Shown: positions 17,881 to 27,676 of the stretch, in pieces
Numbering within the stretch: the stretch's first letter is position 1
How the letters are laid out: the number at the start of each line of letters is the position of its first letter
Translations under genes and position numbers: made by a program
DNA from: a bacterium
Lineage (GTDB): Bacteria; Hydrothermota; 32-111
Length of the DNA: 64,000 nt
Assembly: GCA_050239825.1 (NCBI GenBank)
Contig: JBFXGO010000006.1
Span: forward strand, 4,690 to 68,689
Direction of reading: 5' to 3'
The notes under the pieces: model-generated
What the model saw: the letters and a program-made list of their open reading frames with translations, nothing else
Databases searched by the model: none
Told to the model about the DNA's origin: nothing

Positions 17881-20800
17881 ACATTTTTGCCGTGGCAGTT
17901 TTTGTATTTTTTCCCGCTGCCGCACCAGCATGGGTCGTTTCTTCCTATTTTTCTATCCTCTCTTGTGACAGGCTTCTGTTTTGATGAAGACTCTTCAGGC
18001 GTGTTCGCGGCTATCTCCCGTTTCACGGTGTCGATTCTTCTCGGTTTGTTTTCCTGCTTTGTCTGCATGCTCCTAACGGCGGAGAAAAATTTTTCGCAGA
18101 AATCCTTGTGAATATTGTCCATTAAATCATTGAACAGCAGATACGCCTCCTTCTTGAATTCAACAAGCGGGTCCCTCTGAGCGTATCCCCTGAGAGAGAT
18201 TCCCTCTTTAATTGCGTCAAGTTCGTAAAGCTGTTCAATCCAAAGTTTGTCGATTGACATTATGAACATATTGCATAGATTAAAAAGCAGAAGTTCCTTG
18301 TTTGAGAAGAGAGCAAGCTTTTCACTGAGTATGCCGCCTATAAGCTTTTCAGTATCCTCTAAAAACTGCTTCTTTGTAATTTCATTGCTTTGCTTCTTTA
18401 AATTTATCCTGAAATAATGCATGAACCATTCATTCATTCTATCCATATCCCACTCCTCATATGGAAGCTGGTCCGGGATCTCTCCGCTGATGAAATCTGA
18501 TGCCAGGGGAGGGATGTTTTCAGAGATGTATGAGACGACCTCTTCATAGTTTGAATCAAATCCAAAGGATATCTGCCGGGAGACAATCTCCTCAATGTCT
18601 GTTCTTGATGCGTCCTTAAAGTCCAATGAAATTGAGTTGGAATTCATTATTGCAGCAAACCTCCGCACTTCGCTTTCGAACAAACTGCGGTCATTCAGTG
18701 ATGCGGCGGCATCAAGTTTCTGTCTGAAAGAGGCGATATACTGGGAGAAAGCGTCCCTGTCCACAAATTCAAGAGGAGGTTTTCTGTCAAGAAAGAAATT
18801 TCTCAATTGATAAACTATCTCCCTCTGTTTGTTGATTACATCATCATACTCAAGCAGATATTTTCTTCTTTCAAAATTTAAATTTTCTATTCTCTTCTGG
18901 GCGCTCTCAATAGAGGATGTCAAAAGTCTGTGAGAAACGGAAGTTTCATTAGACGAAATCGCTTCAAGGCGCTTTATCATATCGCTCATTTTTTCATTAC
19001 CGAATACTCTCATCAAGTCATCTTCAAGAGATACAGTAAACATGGAAGCCCCGGGGTCCCCCTGTCTTCCGCTTCTGCCTCTCAGCTGTCTGTCGATTCT
19101 TCTGGACTCATGTTTTTCGGTTCCGAGAACGAAGAGTCCTGCAGGCACATGTTCCGAGCATGACCCGTCAGGGGCGTATGAAATGCAGACAAACCTCTTG
19201 GATGGTTCAGCAGGTGAGGAGACTCTGACCTCAAATGCTGAATTGCCCTGCTCTTGTCGGAGAGCGACAAGAATCAACTCATTCTTTTTATCTTCATCAA
19301 AGGTGAAATAGATTGCCTTCTCTTTCAGATATGGGTCGCTTTGAAGCAGTTCCCTTATATAATTCATGCTTGTTTCATCATCAAGCAAAACCGCAGCGTT
19401 TTTCTTGAGATTGTTTTTTACATGCAGTGCCTGCAGCAGAGCGCTTCTCTCCGGAAGCATTTTGATGGTCTCTCCGAGTTTTATGTCGGTTCCTCTTCCC
19501 GCCATGTTTGTCGCGATGGTCACTGCTCCCTGCAATCCCGCCTCAGCGATAATGTTAGCCTCCTGTTCATGATGCCTTGCATTCAAGATATTATACTTGA
19601 TATTCTTTCCGGATAAATCCTTTTTCGTTTTCAAGGTTGTGTCAAGGTATTCGCTTGACTGAACGGATGCTGTTCCCACAAGAAGCGGAACTCCGGCATT
19701 GTGTATTTTCAATATTTTTTCTATTATATGCTTTGTCTTCTCCTCTTTTCTTATGAACAGAAGGTCATTGTAGTCTTTTCTTACTACATCCCTGTTTGTA
19801 GGTATAACCAAAACCGGAAGCTTGTAGATATGCATGAATTCGCCTGCCTCTGTTTCTGCTGTTCCGGTCATTCCCGATAGTTTTGAAAACATTCTAAAGA
19901 GATTCTGAAGAGTTATTGTCGCGAGAGTTTTTGTCTCCTCCTGAATGGAGACATTCTCTTTTGCTTCTATCGCAGAATGCAGTCCCTCGGAAAAGCGTCT
20001 GCTGGGCATAAGCCTTCCTGTGTGTTCATCCACAATAACTATTTTCCCGTTTTGCACTATGTATTCCACATCCCTTTCAAACAGTGTGTGCGCTTTTAAA
20101 AGCTGATGAAGAGCATGTATATACTCTGATCTCTCGGCATACTTTTGTATTACCTCTGCTTTCTTTTTGGACCTCTCATCCAGATTATCAATTTCATCTT
20201 CAAGTTTTTTAAACTCCAGCGACAGTTCCGGAGTGGAGAAGAATTCCGTATCAGAATGAATTTTCTCAAAATAATCTTCGCCTTTGTCGGTTATCGTAAC
20301 CGCTCCGCTTCTCTCTTCAATGGTATATAGAAGTTCGGTGTCAAGAGTGTGCACCATCTTGTCTCTTATGAGAACATTCTCCATTTTTTCCATTTTTGAA
20401 AGAATGTCGGAGTTCTGCATCACCTCAACTATCTCCTTCATTTTTGGAAATGCCCGTTTTACCGACAAAAAGCCGGTTATAGCTTCATCAAATTTACCTT
20501 CGTCATAGAGTTTTTTCGATTTTTCAAAAATCTTTCTTGCCGTCTCTTTCTGCGTTCTTACGAATTGGTTAACGGAAGATGAGAGTGAGCGGTACTGCAT
20601 TTCAGTGCGTTTCTCTTCGACTCCGCCGAGAGGCATTCCTGATATAATCAGCGGGGTTCGGGCTTCATCAATCAGAACAGAGTCCACCTCATCTATGATT
20701 GCAAAATTAAAATTGTCTCTGTGCACCTTCTCGGATTTTTGATAAGCCATGTTGTCTCTCAGGTAATCAAAACCAAACTCATTATTTGTAACATAAGTAA

Positions 20801-21359
20801 TGTCGCAGGAATAGTTGGCTCTTCTCTCCGACGGGTTCATCCCCATCTGTATCAATCCGACAGAGACTCCGAGTCTTTCATAAACCGGTTTCATCCATGC
20901 TCTGTCTCTTCTAGCAAGATAATCATTGACAGTGACAAGGCAGGAGCCTTTACCATCAAGAGAATTAAGATAGAGAGGCATTACTGCCACCAAAGTTTTA
21001 CCTTCACCGGTTGCCATTTCAACAATATTGCCGCGGTGAAGGCCTATTGATCCGATAATCTGCACATCATAAGGAATCATCTCCCACTTGAACTTCATGT
21101 CGGAATCCTGATATTCATACTTCTCATCGGCAAGTTGTTTCATGACATATTTTACGAGAGCGAATGCATCGATGAGCACATCATCGGGACTCTCGTTATT
21201 CTTTATCCTGCCTTTAAGCTCCAAAGTGGCTTTCTCCGGATTTATAACTCCCGATGACAAGAGGTTTTCATATTTTTCGTTTATTTGATTGACTATCTTC
21301 TCTATCTCAGAGATCCGTCTCTGATTGTAAGAAGGGAAAAGTCTGGTTAAAAAATTCAT
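17877..21359 (-). CDS. secA: Preprotein translocase ATPase SecA (long form, 1160 aa)
   Basis: DEAD motor motifs (MATGEGKTLVA, IIDEVDSVLIDEARTPLIISG, TNMAGRGTDIKLG, RIDRQLRGRSGRQGDPG). C-terminal zinc motif CWCGSGKKYKNCHG. Confidence 0.97.
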   Translation of the reverse strand: MNFLTRLFPSYNQRRISEIEKIVNQINEKYENLLSSGVINPEKATLELKGRIKNNESPDDVLIDAFALVKYVMKQLADEKYEYQDSDMKFKWEMIPYDVQIIGSIGLHRGNIVEMATGEGKTLVAVMPLYLNSLDGKGSCLVTVNDYLARRDRAWMKPVYERLGVSVGLIQMGMNPSERRANYSCDITYVTNNEFGFDYLRDNMAYQKSEKVHRDNFNFAIIDEVDSVLIDEARTPLIISGMPLGGVEEKRTEMQYRSLSSSVNQFVRTQKETARKIFEKSKKLYDEGKFDEAITGFLSVKRAFPKMKEIVEVMQNSDILSKMEKMENVLIRDKMVHTLDTELLYTIEERSGAVTITDKGEDYFEKIHSDTEFFSTPELSLEFKKLEDEIDNLDERSKKKAEVIQKYAERSEYIHALHQLLKAHTLFERDVEYIVQNGKIVIVDEHTGRLMPSRRFSEGLHSAIEAKENVSIQEETKTLATITLQNLFRMFSKLSGMTGTAETEAGEFMHIYKLPVLVIPTNRDVVRKDYNDLLFIRKEEKTKHIIEKILKIHNAGVPLLVGTASVQSSEYLDTTLKTKKDLSGKNIKYNILNARHHEQEANIIAEAGLQGAVTIATNMAGRGTDIKLGETIKMLPERSALLQALHVKNNLKKNAAVLLDDETSMNYIRELLQSDPYLKEKAIYFTFDEDKKNELILVALRQEQGNSAFEVRVSSPAEPSKRFVCISYAPDGSCSEHVPAGLFVLGTEKHESRRIDRQLRGRSGRQGDPGASMFTVSLEDDLMRVFGNEKMSDMIKRLEAISSNETSVSHRLLTSSIESAQKRIENLNFERRKYLLEYDDVINKQREIVYQLRNFFLDRKPPLEFVDRDAFSQYIASFRQKLDAAASLNDRSLFESEVRRFAAIMNSNSISLDFKDASRTDIEEIVSRQISFGFDSNYEEVVSYISENIPPLASDFISGEIPDQLPYEEWDMDRMNEWFMHYFRINLKKQSNEITKKQFLEDTEKLIGGILSEKLALFSNKELLLFNLCNMFIMSIDKLWIEQLYELDAIKEGISLRGYAQRDPLVEFKKEAYLLFNDLMDNIHKDFCEKFFSAVRSMQTKQENKPRRIDTVKREIAANTPEESSSKQKPVTREDRKIGRNDPCWCGSGKKYKNCHGKNV

Positions 21360-23236
21360 TTTAGAAGTTCTCCGGCTTTTACAAATATTCCATCTTCGTC
21401 AAGTCCAAGGATGTTTCTCAGCTTCTTCTGGCTTCCTGCTTCAACGAAAGAATCGCCTGCGGAAAGGCACGCAACCCTTAATTTTGAATTTTTCTCTCCT
21501 ATCATTCTTTCTACATATTCACCGTACCCTCCTGAAAGAATGTTCTCCTCGACAGTGAGCAGAAGAGAGTGATTCTTTTCAATGGAGATTATCGTTTCAA
21601 CATCAAGCGGTTTTACAAATCTTGCGTTTATTACTGTCGGGGTGAATCCGTACACCTCTTTAATCCTGTCAGCCGCCCTCATGGCTGGATACACCATATT
21701 GCCCAAGGCGCATATTATAAGTTTTTCTCCGCGAACAAGTATCTCCGATTTTCCAAGCGGGATATCTTTTATCTCTTTAGAGATGTCCACTCCGATGCCT
21801 TCGCCTCTCGGATACCTCAGCGCTATCGGTCCGTCATTATACTCGATTCCGAGTTTCACCATGCTTCTCAGTTCATCTTCATCCTTAGGCGACATTATAA
21901 CCATATCAGGCACGGTTCTCAGGTAAGAGATGTCGAATAACCCGTGATGAGTCGGTCCGTCATCTCCGACAATTCCGGCTCTGTCAAGGACGAAGAATAT
22001 ATTCCTCTTCATAAGAGCCGCATCATGTATCAGTTGGTCATAAGACCTCTGCAGGAATGTCGAATAAATTGCGCACACGGGTTTTTTTCCTGAGAGAGAG
22101 AGCCCCGCGGCAAATAAAACAGCATGTCCCTCGGCAATTCCTACATCGAAAAATCTTTCGTTTATTTCATCTCTGAAATATGAAAGTCCGGTTCCATCAG
22201 GCATCGCGGCTGTTATTGCCACAACATTTTTATTTTCTTTGGATAAACTCACGAGGGTTTTCCCGAAAACATCAGTGTATTTTACTTTGGCATCCTCCGC
22301 AATCTCAGTCTTGCCTGTCTCTTTGTTGAATTTTCCGAGTCCGTGGAATTTTGTCGGGTCATTCTCTGCGTGAACATATCCTCTTCCTTTCTGGGTGATT
22401 GCATGTATCAGAATAGGACCTTCATAGTTCTTGGCATACTTCAATGTTGAAATCATATCTTCAAGCGAATGACCGTCGAGAGGACCTATGTATCTTATGC
22501 CGAACTCTTCAAAGAAAATTGTTGGAATGAAGAAATTCTTAAGGGATTCTTTCATTCTTCTCGCAAGGTCGCGGGTTTTTTGCCCCATCCTATCAGGAAG
22601 CTTTCCCATAAGCTCCCACATGTCATTCTTGATTGAAGTGTAGACAGGCGTAGTCTGAAGCTTTCTCAGATATTGGGAAATTCCTCCGACATTTTCTGAA
22701 ATGGACATATTGTTATCATTGAGGATTATTATCATCTTGCTTTTAGTGTGGGCGAGGTTGTTCAATGCTTCATATACAAGTCCGTTCGTCATCGCACCGT
22801 CGCCGATAACCGAAATAATCTGATACTTCTCTTTGGAAAGGTCGCGTCCGACAGCCATGCCGAGTGAAGCCGAGAGGGATGTGGCGGCATGTCCGACGGT
22901 AAGAGCGTCATGCTCGCTTTCAAAAATATTGTTGAATCCGCTTATTCCGCCGAATGTGCGGAGCGTAGAGAATCTATCCTTTCTGCCTGTGATTATTTTG
23001 TGAGCGTATGACTGATGTCCGACATCAAAGACTATTTTGTCCTTCGGCGAATCAAATACATAATGTATTGCGAGAATTATTTCGACTGACCCGAGGGATG
23101 GAGCGACATGACCCCCCGTCCTTGATGTATTTCCAATAATGAAATATCTTATTTCGCTTGCCAGCTGGTACAGTTGGTTTATTGAGAGATGTTTTATATC
23201 TTCAGGTGAATTCACTCTGTCAAGTATTGTATCCAT
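21356..23236 (-). CDS. dxs: 1-deoxy-D-xylulose-5-phosphate synthase
   Basis: GGHVAPSLGSVEIILAIHYVF, DVGHQSYAHKIITGR and the TPP motif GDGAMTNGLVYEALN. Confidence 0.95.
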   Translation of the reverse strand: MDTILDRVNSPEDIKHLSINQLYQLASEIRYFIIGNTSRTGGHVAPSLGSVEIILAIHYVFDSPKDKIVFDVGHQSYAHKIITGRKDRFSTLRTFGGISGFNNIFESEHDALTVGHAATSLSASLGMAVGRDLSKEKYQIISVIGDGAMTNGLVYEALNNLAHTKSKMIIILNDNNMSISENVGGISQYLRKLQTTPVYTSIKNDMWELMGKLPDRMGQKTRDLARRMKESLKNFFIPTIFFEEFGIRYIGPLDGHSLEDMISTLKYAKNYEGPILIHAITQKGRGYVHAENDPTKFHGLGKFNKETGKTEIAEDAKVKYTDVFGKTLVSLSKENKNVVAITAAMPDGTGLSYFRDEINERFFDVGIAEGHAVLFAAGLSLSGKKPVCAIYSTFLQRSYDQLIHDAALMKRNIFFVLDRAGIVGDDGPTHHGLFDISYLRTVPDMVIMSPKDEDELRSMVKLGIEYNDGPIALRYPRGEGIGVDISKEIKDIPLGKSEILVRGEKLIICALGNMVYPAMRAADRIKEVYGFTPTVINARFVKPLDVETIISIEKNHSLLLTVEENILSGGYGEYVERMIGEKNSKLRVACLSAGDSFVEAGSQKKLRNILGLDEDGIFVKAGELLK

Positions 23237-23244
23237 TTTTCCTC

Positions 23245-23670
23245 TTATTTGAAAATAAAGGCAATTACCAATCCAAGCAGGGCTCCGAAGAAAACTTCAA
23301 TGGGAGTGTGTCCCAAAAGCTCCATCAGCCGTTCCTCCTTTAATTGGTGGGTCTGTTTGAATTCGTCTACTATCTTATTTATTACAGCCGCCTGTTTTCC
23401 CGCGGCTCTCCTGAGTCCTGCCGCATCGTACATAATGACAAAAGCAAAGAATGCCGAAGAAGCGAATACAGGAGAGTTGAATCCTGTCCAAAATCCGAGC
23501 ATAAATGTCAATGTTGTGGCTGTTGAAGCGTGAGAACTTGGCATGCCTCCGGTTTCAAAGAATTTTTTGAAATTTATCTTTTTATACTGAAGAAAGTATG
23601 AAAAAACTTTAATAAACTGCGCAAGAGCTCCGCTAAAAATAGTTACGCTTAAAATTTTGATTGTCTCCAT
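23245..23670 (-). CDS. Divergent PAP2 / DUF212 family membrane protein
   Basis: GGMPSSHASTATTL and YDAAGLRR...LGHTPIEV match the DUF212 (acid phosphatase/vanadium haloperoxidase-related) pattern. Confidence 0.75.
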   Translation of the reverse strand: METIKILSVTIFSGALAQFIKVFSYFLQYKKINFKKFFETGGMPSSHASTATTLTFMLGFWTGFNSPVFASSAFFAFVIMYDAAGLRRAAGKQAAVINKIVDEFKQTHQLKEERLMELLGHTPIEVFFGALLGLVIAFIFK

Positions 23671-24566
23671 TATTTAATCCTTTTGTGAAAATAATCAATC
23701 ATGATTTCTACAGAGTCGGATTTGAAATCAAGAGCACGTGATGCTCTCAATGCTTTATCCGCCTCTTTTTCCGCCATTCTCTTTGCCTCTTCAAGTCCGA
23801 AGAGAGAAACATATGTCAGCTTGTTCTGCTTTAAATCCTTTCTGGCGGTCTTGCCGAGGACTTTTGATGTCTGAGTGACATCTATGATGTCATCGACAAT
23901 CTGGAACAACATTCCTGCGGCGGCTCCGAGCTTTGAAAGTTTTTTTACTGTATTTTCACCCTTTCCGAGCAGTATCGCCGGAAGAGTAAACGAGGCTCTT
24001 ATAAGGGAAGCGGTCTTCTTCATATGTATGTATTTCAAAGTGTCGAAATTTCTTTCAAACAAAGACGCCTTAGTGTCGACAAACTGTCCGGCTACCATAC
24101 CCCCTGTTCCAATCGCCGACATGAGTTCTGAAATGCCTTTTAGCAGGTTTTCTTTTTTAAAGTTGTCTGCATTCAGAAATGTCTCAATTGCAAGAGAAAA
24201 GAGAGCATCTCCGGCAAGTATTGCGGTTGCCTCATCATATTTTTTATGAAGAGTAGGCAATCCTCTTCTGAAATCATCATTATCCATTGCGGGCAGGTCA
24301 TCGTGTATCAGAGAGTATGTGTGTATCATCTCTACAGAACAAGCCGCGGTGAGAAGACCTCTGTGGTTCTTTACTGCGAAAAGGTCATCTCCTATGAGAA
24401 GCATTATTGCAGGGCGAAGCCTTTTGCCTCCGGCAGAGACTGAATAATGCATGGCTTCATAGAGGTTTTTTGCAAAATAATCTTTAGTTTTGAGAATCTT
24501 CTCAAGATGATTATCTATCCGACTCTTTCTTGAGGATAGCAGGGAATCAAGATTTTTTCTTGTCAT
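23670..24566 (-). CDS. ispA: Polyprenyl (farnesyl/geranylgeranyl) diphosphate synthase
   Basis: First Asp-rich motif LIHDDLPAMDNDDFRRG and second FQIVDDIIDV. Conserved xseB-ispA-dxs neighbourhood. Confidence 0.9.
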   Translation of the reverse strand: MTRKNLDSLLSSRKSRIDNHLEKILKTKDYFAKNLYEAMHYSVSAGGKRLRPAIMLLIGDDLFAVKNHRGLLTAACSVEMIHTYSLIHDDLPAMDNDDFRRGLPTLHKKYDEATAILAGDALFSLAIETFLNADNFKKENLLKGISELMSAIGTGGMVAGQFVDTKASLFERNFDTLKYIHMKKTASLIRASFTLPAILLGKGENTVKKLSKLGAAAGMLFQIVDDIIDVTQTSKVLGKTARKDLKQNKLTYVSLFGLEEAKRMAEKEADKALRASRALDFKSDSVEIMIDYFHKRIK

Positions 24567-24753
24567 TATTTTCCTCTAAAATGTTCTTTATTCTCTCCTC
24601 ATACGTTCCGATTATGGTTTCCGCCTCTTTTATAAGTTTTATTCCCCGCTCGTACATTTCAATTGATTTTCCTATGTCAACGCCTTCCCCCTTGAGCTCT
24701 TTTACTATCTTCTCAATCTCGTTTATCTTCTCTTCAAGATTTTCCTCTTTCAT
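24547..24753 (-). CDS. xseB: Exodeoxyribonuclease VII small subunit
   Basis: 68-aa helical protein (LEEKINEIEKIVKELK...IEMYERGIKLIKEAE) directly downstream of xseA with a 4-nt overlap. Confidence 0.85.
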   Translation of the reverse strand: MKEENLEEKINEIEKIVKELKGEGVDIGKSIEMYERGIKLIKEAETIIGTYEERIKNILEENNDKKKS

Positions 24754-26078
24754 TTTTCCTCCTCTATGCCTGTTACTTTGGAGCTGAATGACCCGTCCTT
24801 CAATTTTATCTTTACCGAATCTCCCGAATTAACCATCGATTTGCTTGTAATAACCTTGTTTTCATTTGAATAAACAAGGGCATAACCTCTCCTGATAACA
24901 TTTGTCGGGTTTAATGCCTCCATGGAGTGGGTTGATGAGTTCAAGCGTGATTTTGTTTCATTTAGCAGATTGTTCAAGCCGTTTTTCATGTATGACCTAT
25001 ATGAGGATATGATAGAGAGCCGTCTCTCAAGCTCTCTCTCCGGATTCATCCTTTCAATTGATATTGTGCTTTCCGATATGAAGTTTTTTATTTTTTTTAA
25101 TTTTGAATCTAAAATGTCGCTCATCTCTTTTTCCATGAATGATATCAAGTCCCTTTTTCTGCTTATCGGCGCGAGAGCGGAGATGTAAAAGCTCTGTTTC
25201 AGATTGGTTATCTCCTTCCTGACTCTCTCTCTCTGCAGTTTTACTGCTTCAGCGAGCATTCTTTGCGAATCCGACAGGAAGAGGGATATTTCCCTGACAT
25301 CCTTTGAAGCTATTTCTGCGGCGGCGGAAGGAGTGGGCGCTCTTACGGAAGCAGTGAAGTCTGCAATAGTGAAATCGGTTTCATGACCCACGGCCGAAAT
25401 CACAGGTATTTTCGATTTGAATATGGAATATGCCAGTTGTTCGCTATTGAAAGGCCAGAGGTCCTCTATGGAACCTCCGCCCCTTGCTATGATTATCAGA
25501 TCCACTCTGTGTTTGTTGAAATATTCAATTCCCGCTGACAGCTGCGCCGCGGCATTCTCTCCCTGAACTGAAGCAGGATAGAGCAGTTTTTTCACATAAG
25601 GAGCCCTTCTGTTTAAAACATTTTCAATGTCCTGAATCACCGAGCCGGTCGGACTTGTTATGATGCCTATCGACAGAGGATATAAAGGGAGCTTCTTTTT
25701 TTTATTCGCATCAAAGAGCCCTTCTTTTTCAAGTTTTTCTTTTATTTTGAGGAACTGAGCATACAATTCTCCCTGTCCTGAAATTTCCATCGAACGGACT
25801 ATTATCTGGTATGAACCCTGAGGCTCATAAAGGGAGATGTGTCCTGTCAGTATCACCTTTTCTCCATCTCTGAATTCTCTCTTCAGCTGAGTTGACTTCC
25901 AAACTGCGCATTTTATAAGAGCCGTCTCATCTTTAAGGGAGAAGTATGTATGTCCGCTGCTGCTTCTGACCCAATTTGAAATCTCCCCCGTAACTTTTAA
26001 AGTCGAGGGAAGGGAGGTTTCAAGAGTCTTTTTTATCTCTCTTGTTAGCTGTGTAACGGTCAAAATATTTTCAGGCAT
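24750..26078 (-). CDS. xseA: Exodeoxyribonuclease VII large subunit
   Basis: N-terminal OB fold (LTVTQLTREIK...VTGEISNW...SGHTYFSLKD). Catalytic region IITSPTGSVIQDI...IIARGGGSIEDLW.FN...VISAVGHETD. Confidence 0.93.
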   Translation of the reverse strand: MPENILTVTQLTREIKKTLETSLPSTLKVTGEISNWVRSSSGHTYFSLKDETALIKCAVWKSTQLKREFRDGEKVILTGHISLYEPQGSYQIIVRSMEISGQGELYAQFLKIKEKLEKEGLFDANKKKKLPLYPLSIGIITSPTGSVIQDIENVLNRRAPYVKKLLYPASVQGENAAAQLSAGIEYFNKHRVDLIIIARGGGSIEDLWPFNSEQLAYSIFKSKIPVISAVGHETDFTIADFTASVRAPTPSAAAEIASKDVREISLFLSDSQRMLAEAVKLQRERVRKEITNLKQSFYISALAPISRKRDLISFMEKEMSDILDSKLKKIKNFISESTISIERMNPERELERRLSIISSYRSYMKNGLNNLLNETKSRLNSSTHSMEALNPTNVIRRGYALVYSNENKVITSKSMVNSGDSVKIKLKDGSFSSKVTGIEEEK

Positions 26079-26904
26079 AATTTTTTTTCAGCTTGATTAA
26101 ATTCTCAAAAAGAGTAGCAACGGTCACAGGGCCTACGCCTCCCGGAACAGGAGTGTATGCCGAAGATAATTCGTAGCACTCTTTATCTATATCGCCTGTC
26201 AAACTTCCGTTATAGTAATTGATGCCGACATCTATCAGAACCGGCGAGTTTGAACCTATGTATGACCTCTTTAAGAAATTCGCTTTTCCGATTGCGGCAA
26301 TGATAATATCGGCTCTCCTCGTCTCCTCTTCAGGATTTATGCTCTTTGAGTGAAGAACAGTCACAGTGGCATTCCCAGTCTGTTTTGACAGCAGAAGCAT
26401 GGAGAGGGGTTTCCCGACTATCTCCGACCTGCCTATTATTACTGCGTGTTTGCCTTCATAATCTATTCCTGCGCGCCTGAGAATGTTTATAACCGCCATT
26501 GCCGTAGAGGGCGCGATTATGAAATCATCCGTTATGAGTCGCCCGTTGTTTTGAAAGCTGAGGCAATCTATGTCTTTGGAAGGGGATATTTTTGCAGCTG
26601 CTTTTTTAATGTTCAGATGAGCTGGAAGGGGCTTCTCAACTATGATTCCGTCTATTGAAGAATCTGAAGAGAGTTCGTCAATCCTTGAAAGGAAATCATC
26701 CTCTGAAACATTTGAATCCATGTTCACGAGTGTTATCTTTATTCCGAATTTTTCGCCCTTCTTTATTTTTGACTTTATGTATGAAATTGTGGAAGGGTCG
26801 CTACCCGCATATAAAGCCGCTATTGAAGGCTTTATCCTGTCAATATCCGGCTTCAGCTCTTCAAGCATCAGATTTGATATTTCATTTCCGTCAATCTTTC
26901 GCAT
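26071..26904 (-). CDS. folD: Bifunctional methylenetetrahydrofolate dehydrogenase/cyclohydrolase
   Basis: SYIKSKIK..., IIGRSEIVGKPLSMLL and YTPVPGGVGPVTVATL. Confidence 0.93.
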   Translation of the reverse strand: MRKIDGNEISNLMLEELKPDIDRIKPSIAALYAGSDPSTISYIKSKIKKGEKFGIKITLVNMDSNVSEDDFLSRIDELSSDSSIDGIIVEKPLPAHLNIKKAAAKISPSKDIDCLSFQNNGRLITDDFIIAPSTAMAVINILRRAGIDYEGKHAVIIGRSEIVGKPLSMLLLSKQTGNATVTVLHSKSINPEEETRRADIIIAAIGKANFLKRSYIGSNSPVLIDVGINYYNGSLTGDIDKECYELSSAYTPVPGGVGPVTVATLFENLIKLKKNYA

Positions 26905-27676
26905 ATTTGAAAATCCTCTCTATCGAGACTGCTTCACCTGTTTCAGCATTCACTTCAAAAAAGAGTGCGTTGACCGCGGTCATCTCTTTCGCAACCTCAA
27001 ATCTCTGCGAAACCTGAAGCAATGTGCGCCGTATGGCTCCCTCAGGTTCAAATCCGATTATAGAATCTATGCTTCCTGTAAGACCCACATCAGTTATGAA
27101 TGCGGTCTTGTTCTTTAAAATTCTCTCATCAGCAGTCTGGCAGTGAGTATGGGTTCCTATAACGGCGCTGACTCTGCCGTCAAGATAGTATGCAAAGGCT
27201 TGTTTCTCTGCAGTTGCCTCCGCGTGGAAATCAGCTATAATGACCTTTGCTTCAATCTTCTCAAGAAGTTCATCCATCTTTCTGAAGGGGCAGTCAAGAG
27301 GCTGCATAAAGATTCTGCCGCACAGATTTGTCACGCACACATCCACATTCTTTATTTTGTAAATGTAAAATCCTCTTCCGGGAAGAGACGGATGATAGTT
27401 CATAGGCCGAAGTATTCTTTCATCCTTTAGAAGCTCTGAAAATTCCTTATTGTCCCAAATATGATTTCCGCTTGTCAAAACATCAACCCCCGACGCAAAT
27501 ACTGCATCGACGGTTGATTTTGTCATGCCGAATCCCCCGGCAAGATTCTCGCCGTTGGCTATTATCATGTCAGGGGAATATTTTTCCTTCAAATCCTTCA
27601 TCTCTCTTGCAAGGGCGTTTCTGCCTGCCTTGCCGATGATATCGCCTATGAAGAGGAATGAGAGTTTATTTAGCAT
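26891..27676 (-). CDS. ymdB: YmdB-family metallophosphoesterase (2',3'-cyclic-nucleotide phosphodiesterase, TIGR00282-like)
   Basis: LFIGDIIGKAGR, ANGENLAGGFG, TSGNHIWD, DFHAEATAEK and IGTHTHCQTAD. Conserved rny-ymdB pairing. Confidence 0.9.
   Translation of the reverse strand: MLNKLSFLFIGDIIGKAGRNALAREMKDLKEKYSPDMIIANGENLAGGFGMTKSTVDAVFASGVDVLTSGNHIWDNKEFSELLKDERILRPMNYHPSLPGRGFYIYKIKNVDVCVTNLCGRIFMQPLDCPFRKMDELLEKIEAKVIIADFHAEATAEKQAFAYYLDGRVSAVIGTHTHCQTADERILKNKTAFITDVGLTGSIDSIIGFEPEGAIRRTLLQVSQRFEVAKEMTAVNALFFEVNAETGEAVSIERIFKYAKD

Noticed and set aside
17877-21359. SecA is unusually long (1160 aa), with expanded PPXD and VAR regions.
   Set aside because: Long SecA variants of ~1100 aa are known in several lineages, for example the Bacteroidetes/FCB group. 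All motor motifs are intact. I treat this as a taxonomic hint, not a novelty.
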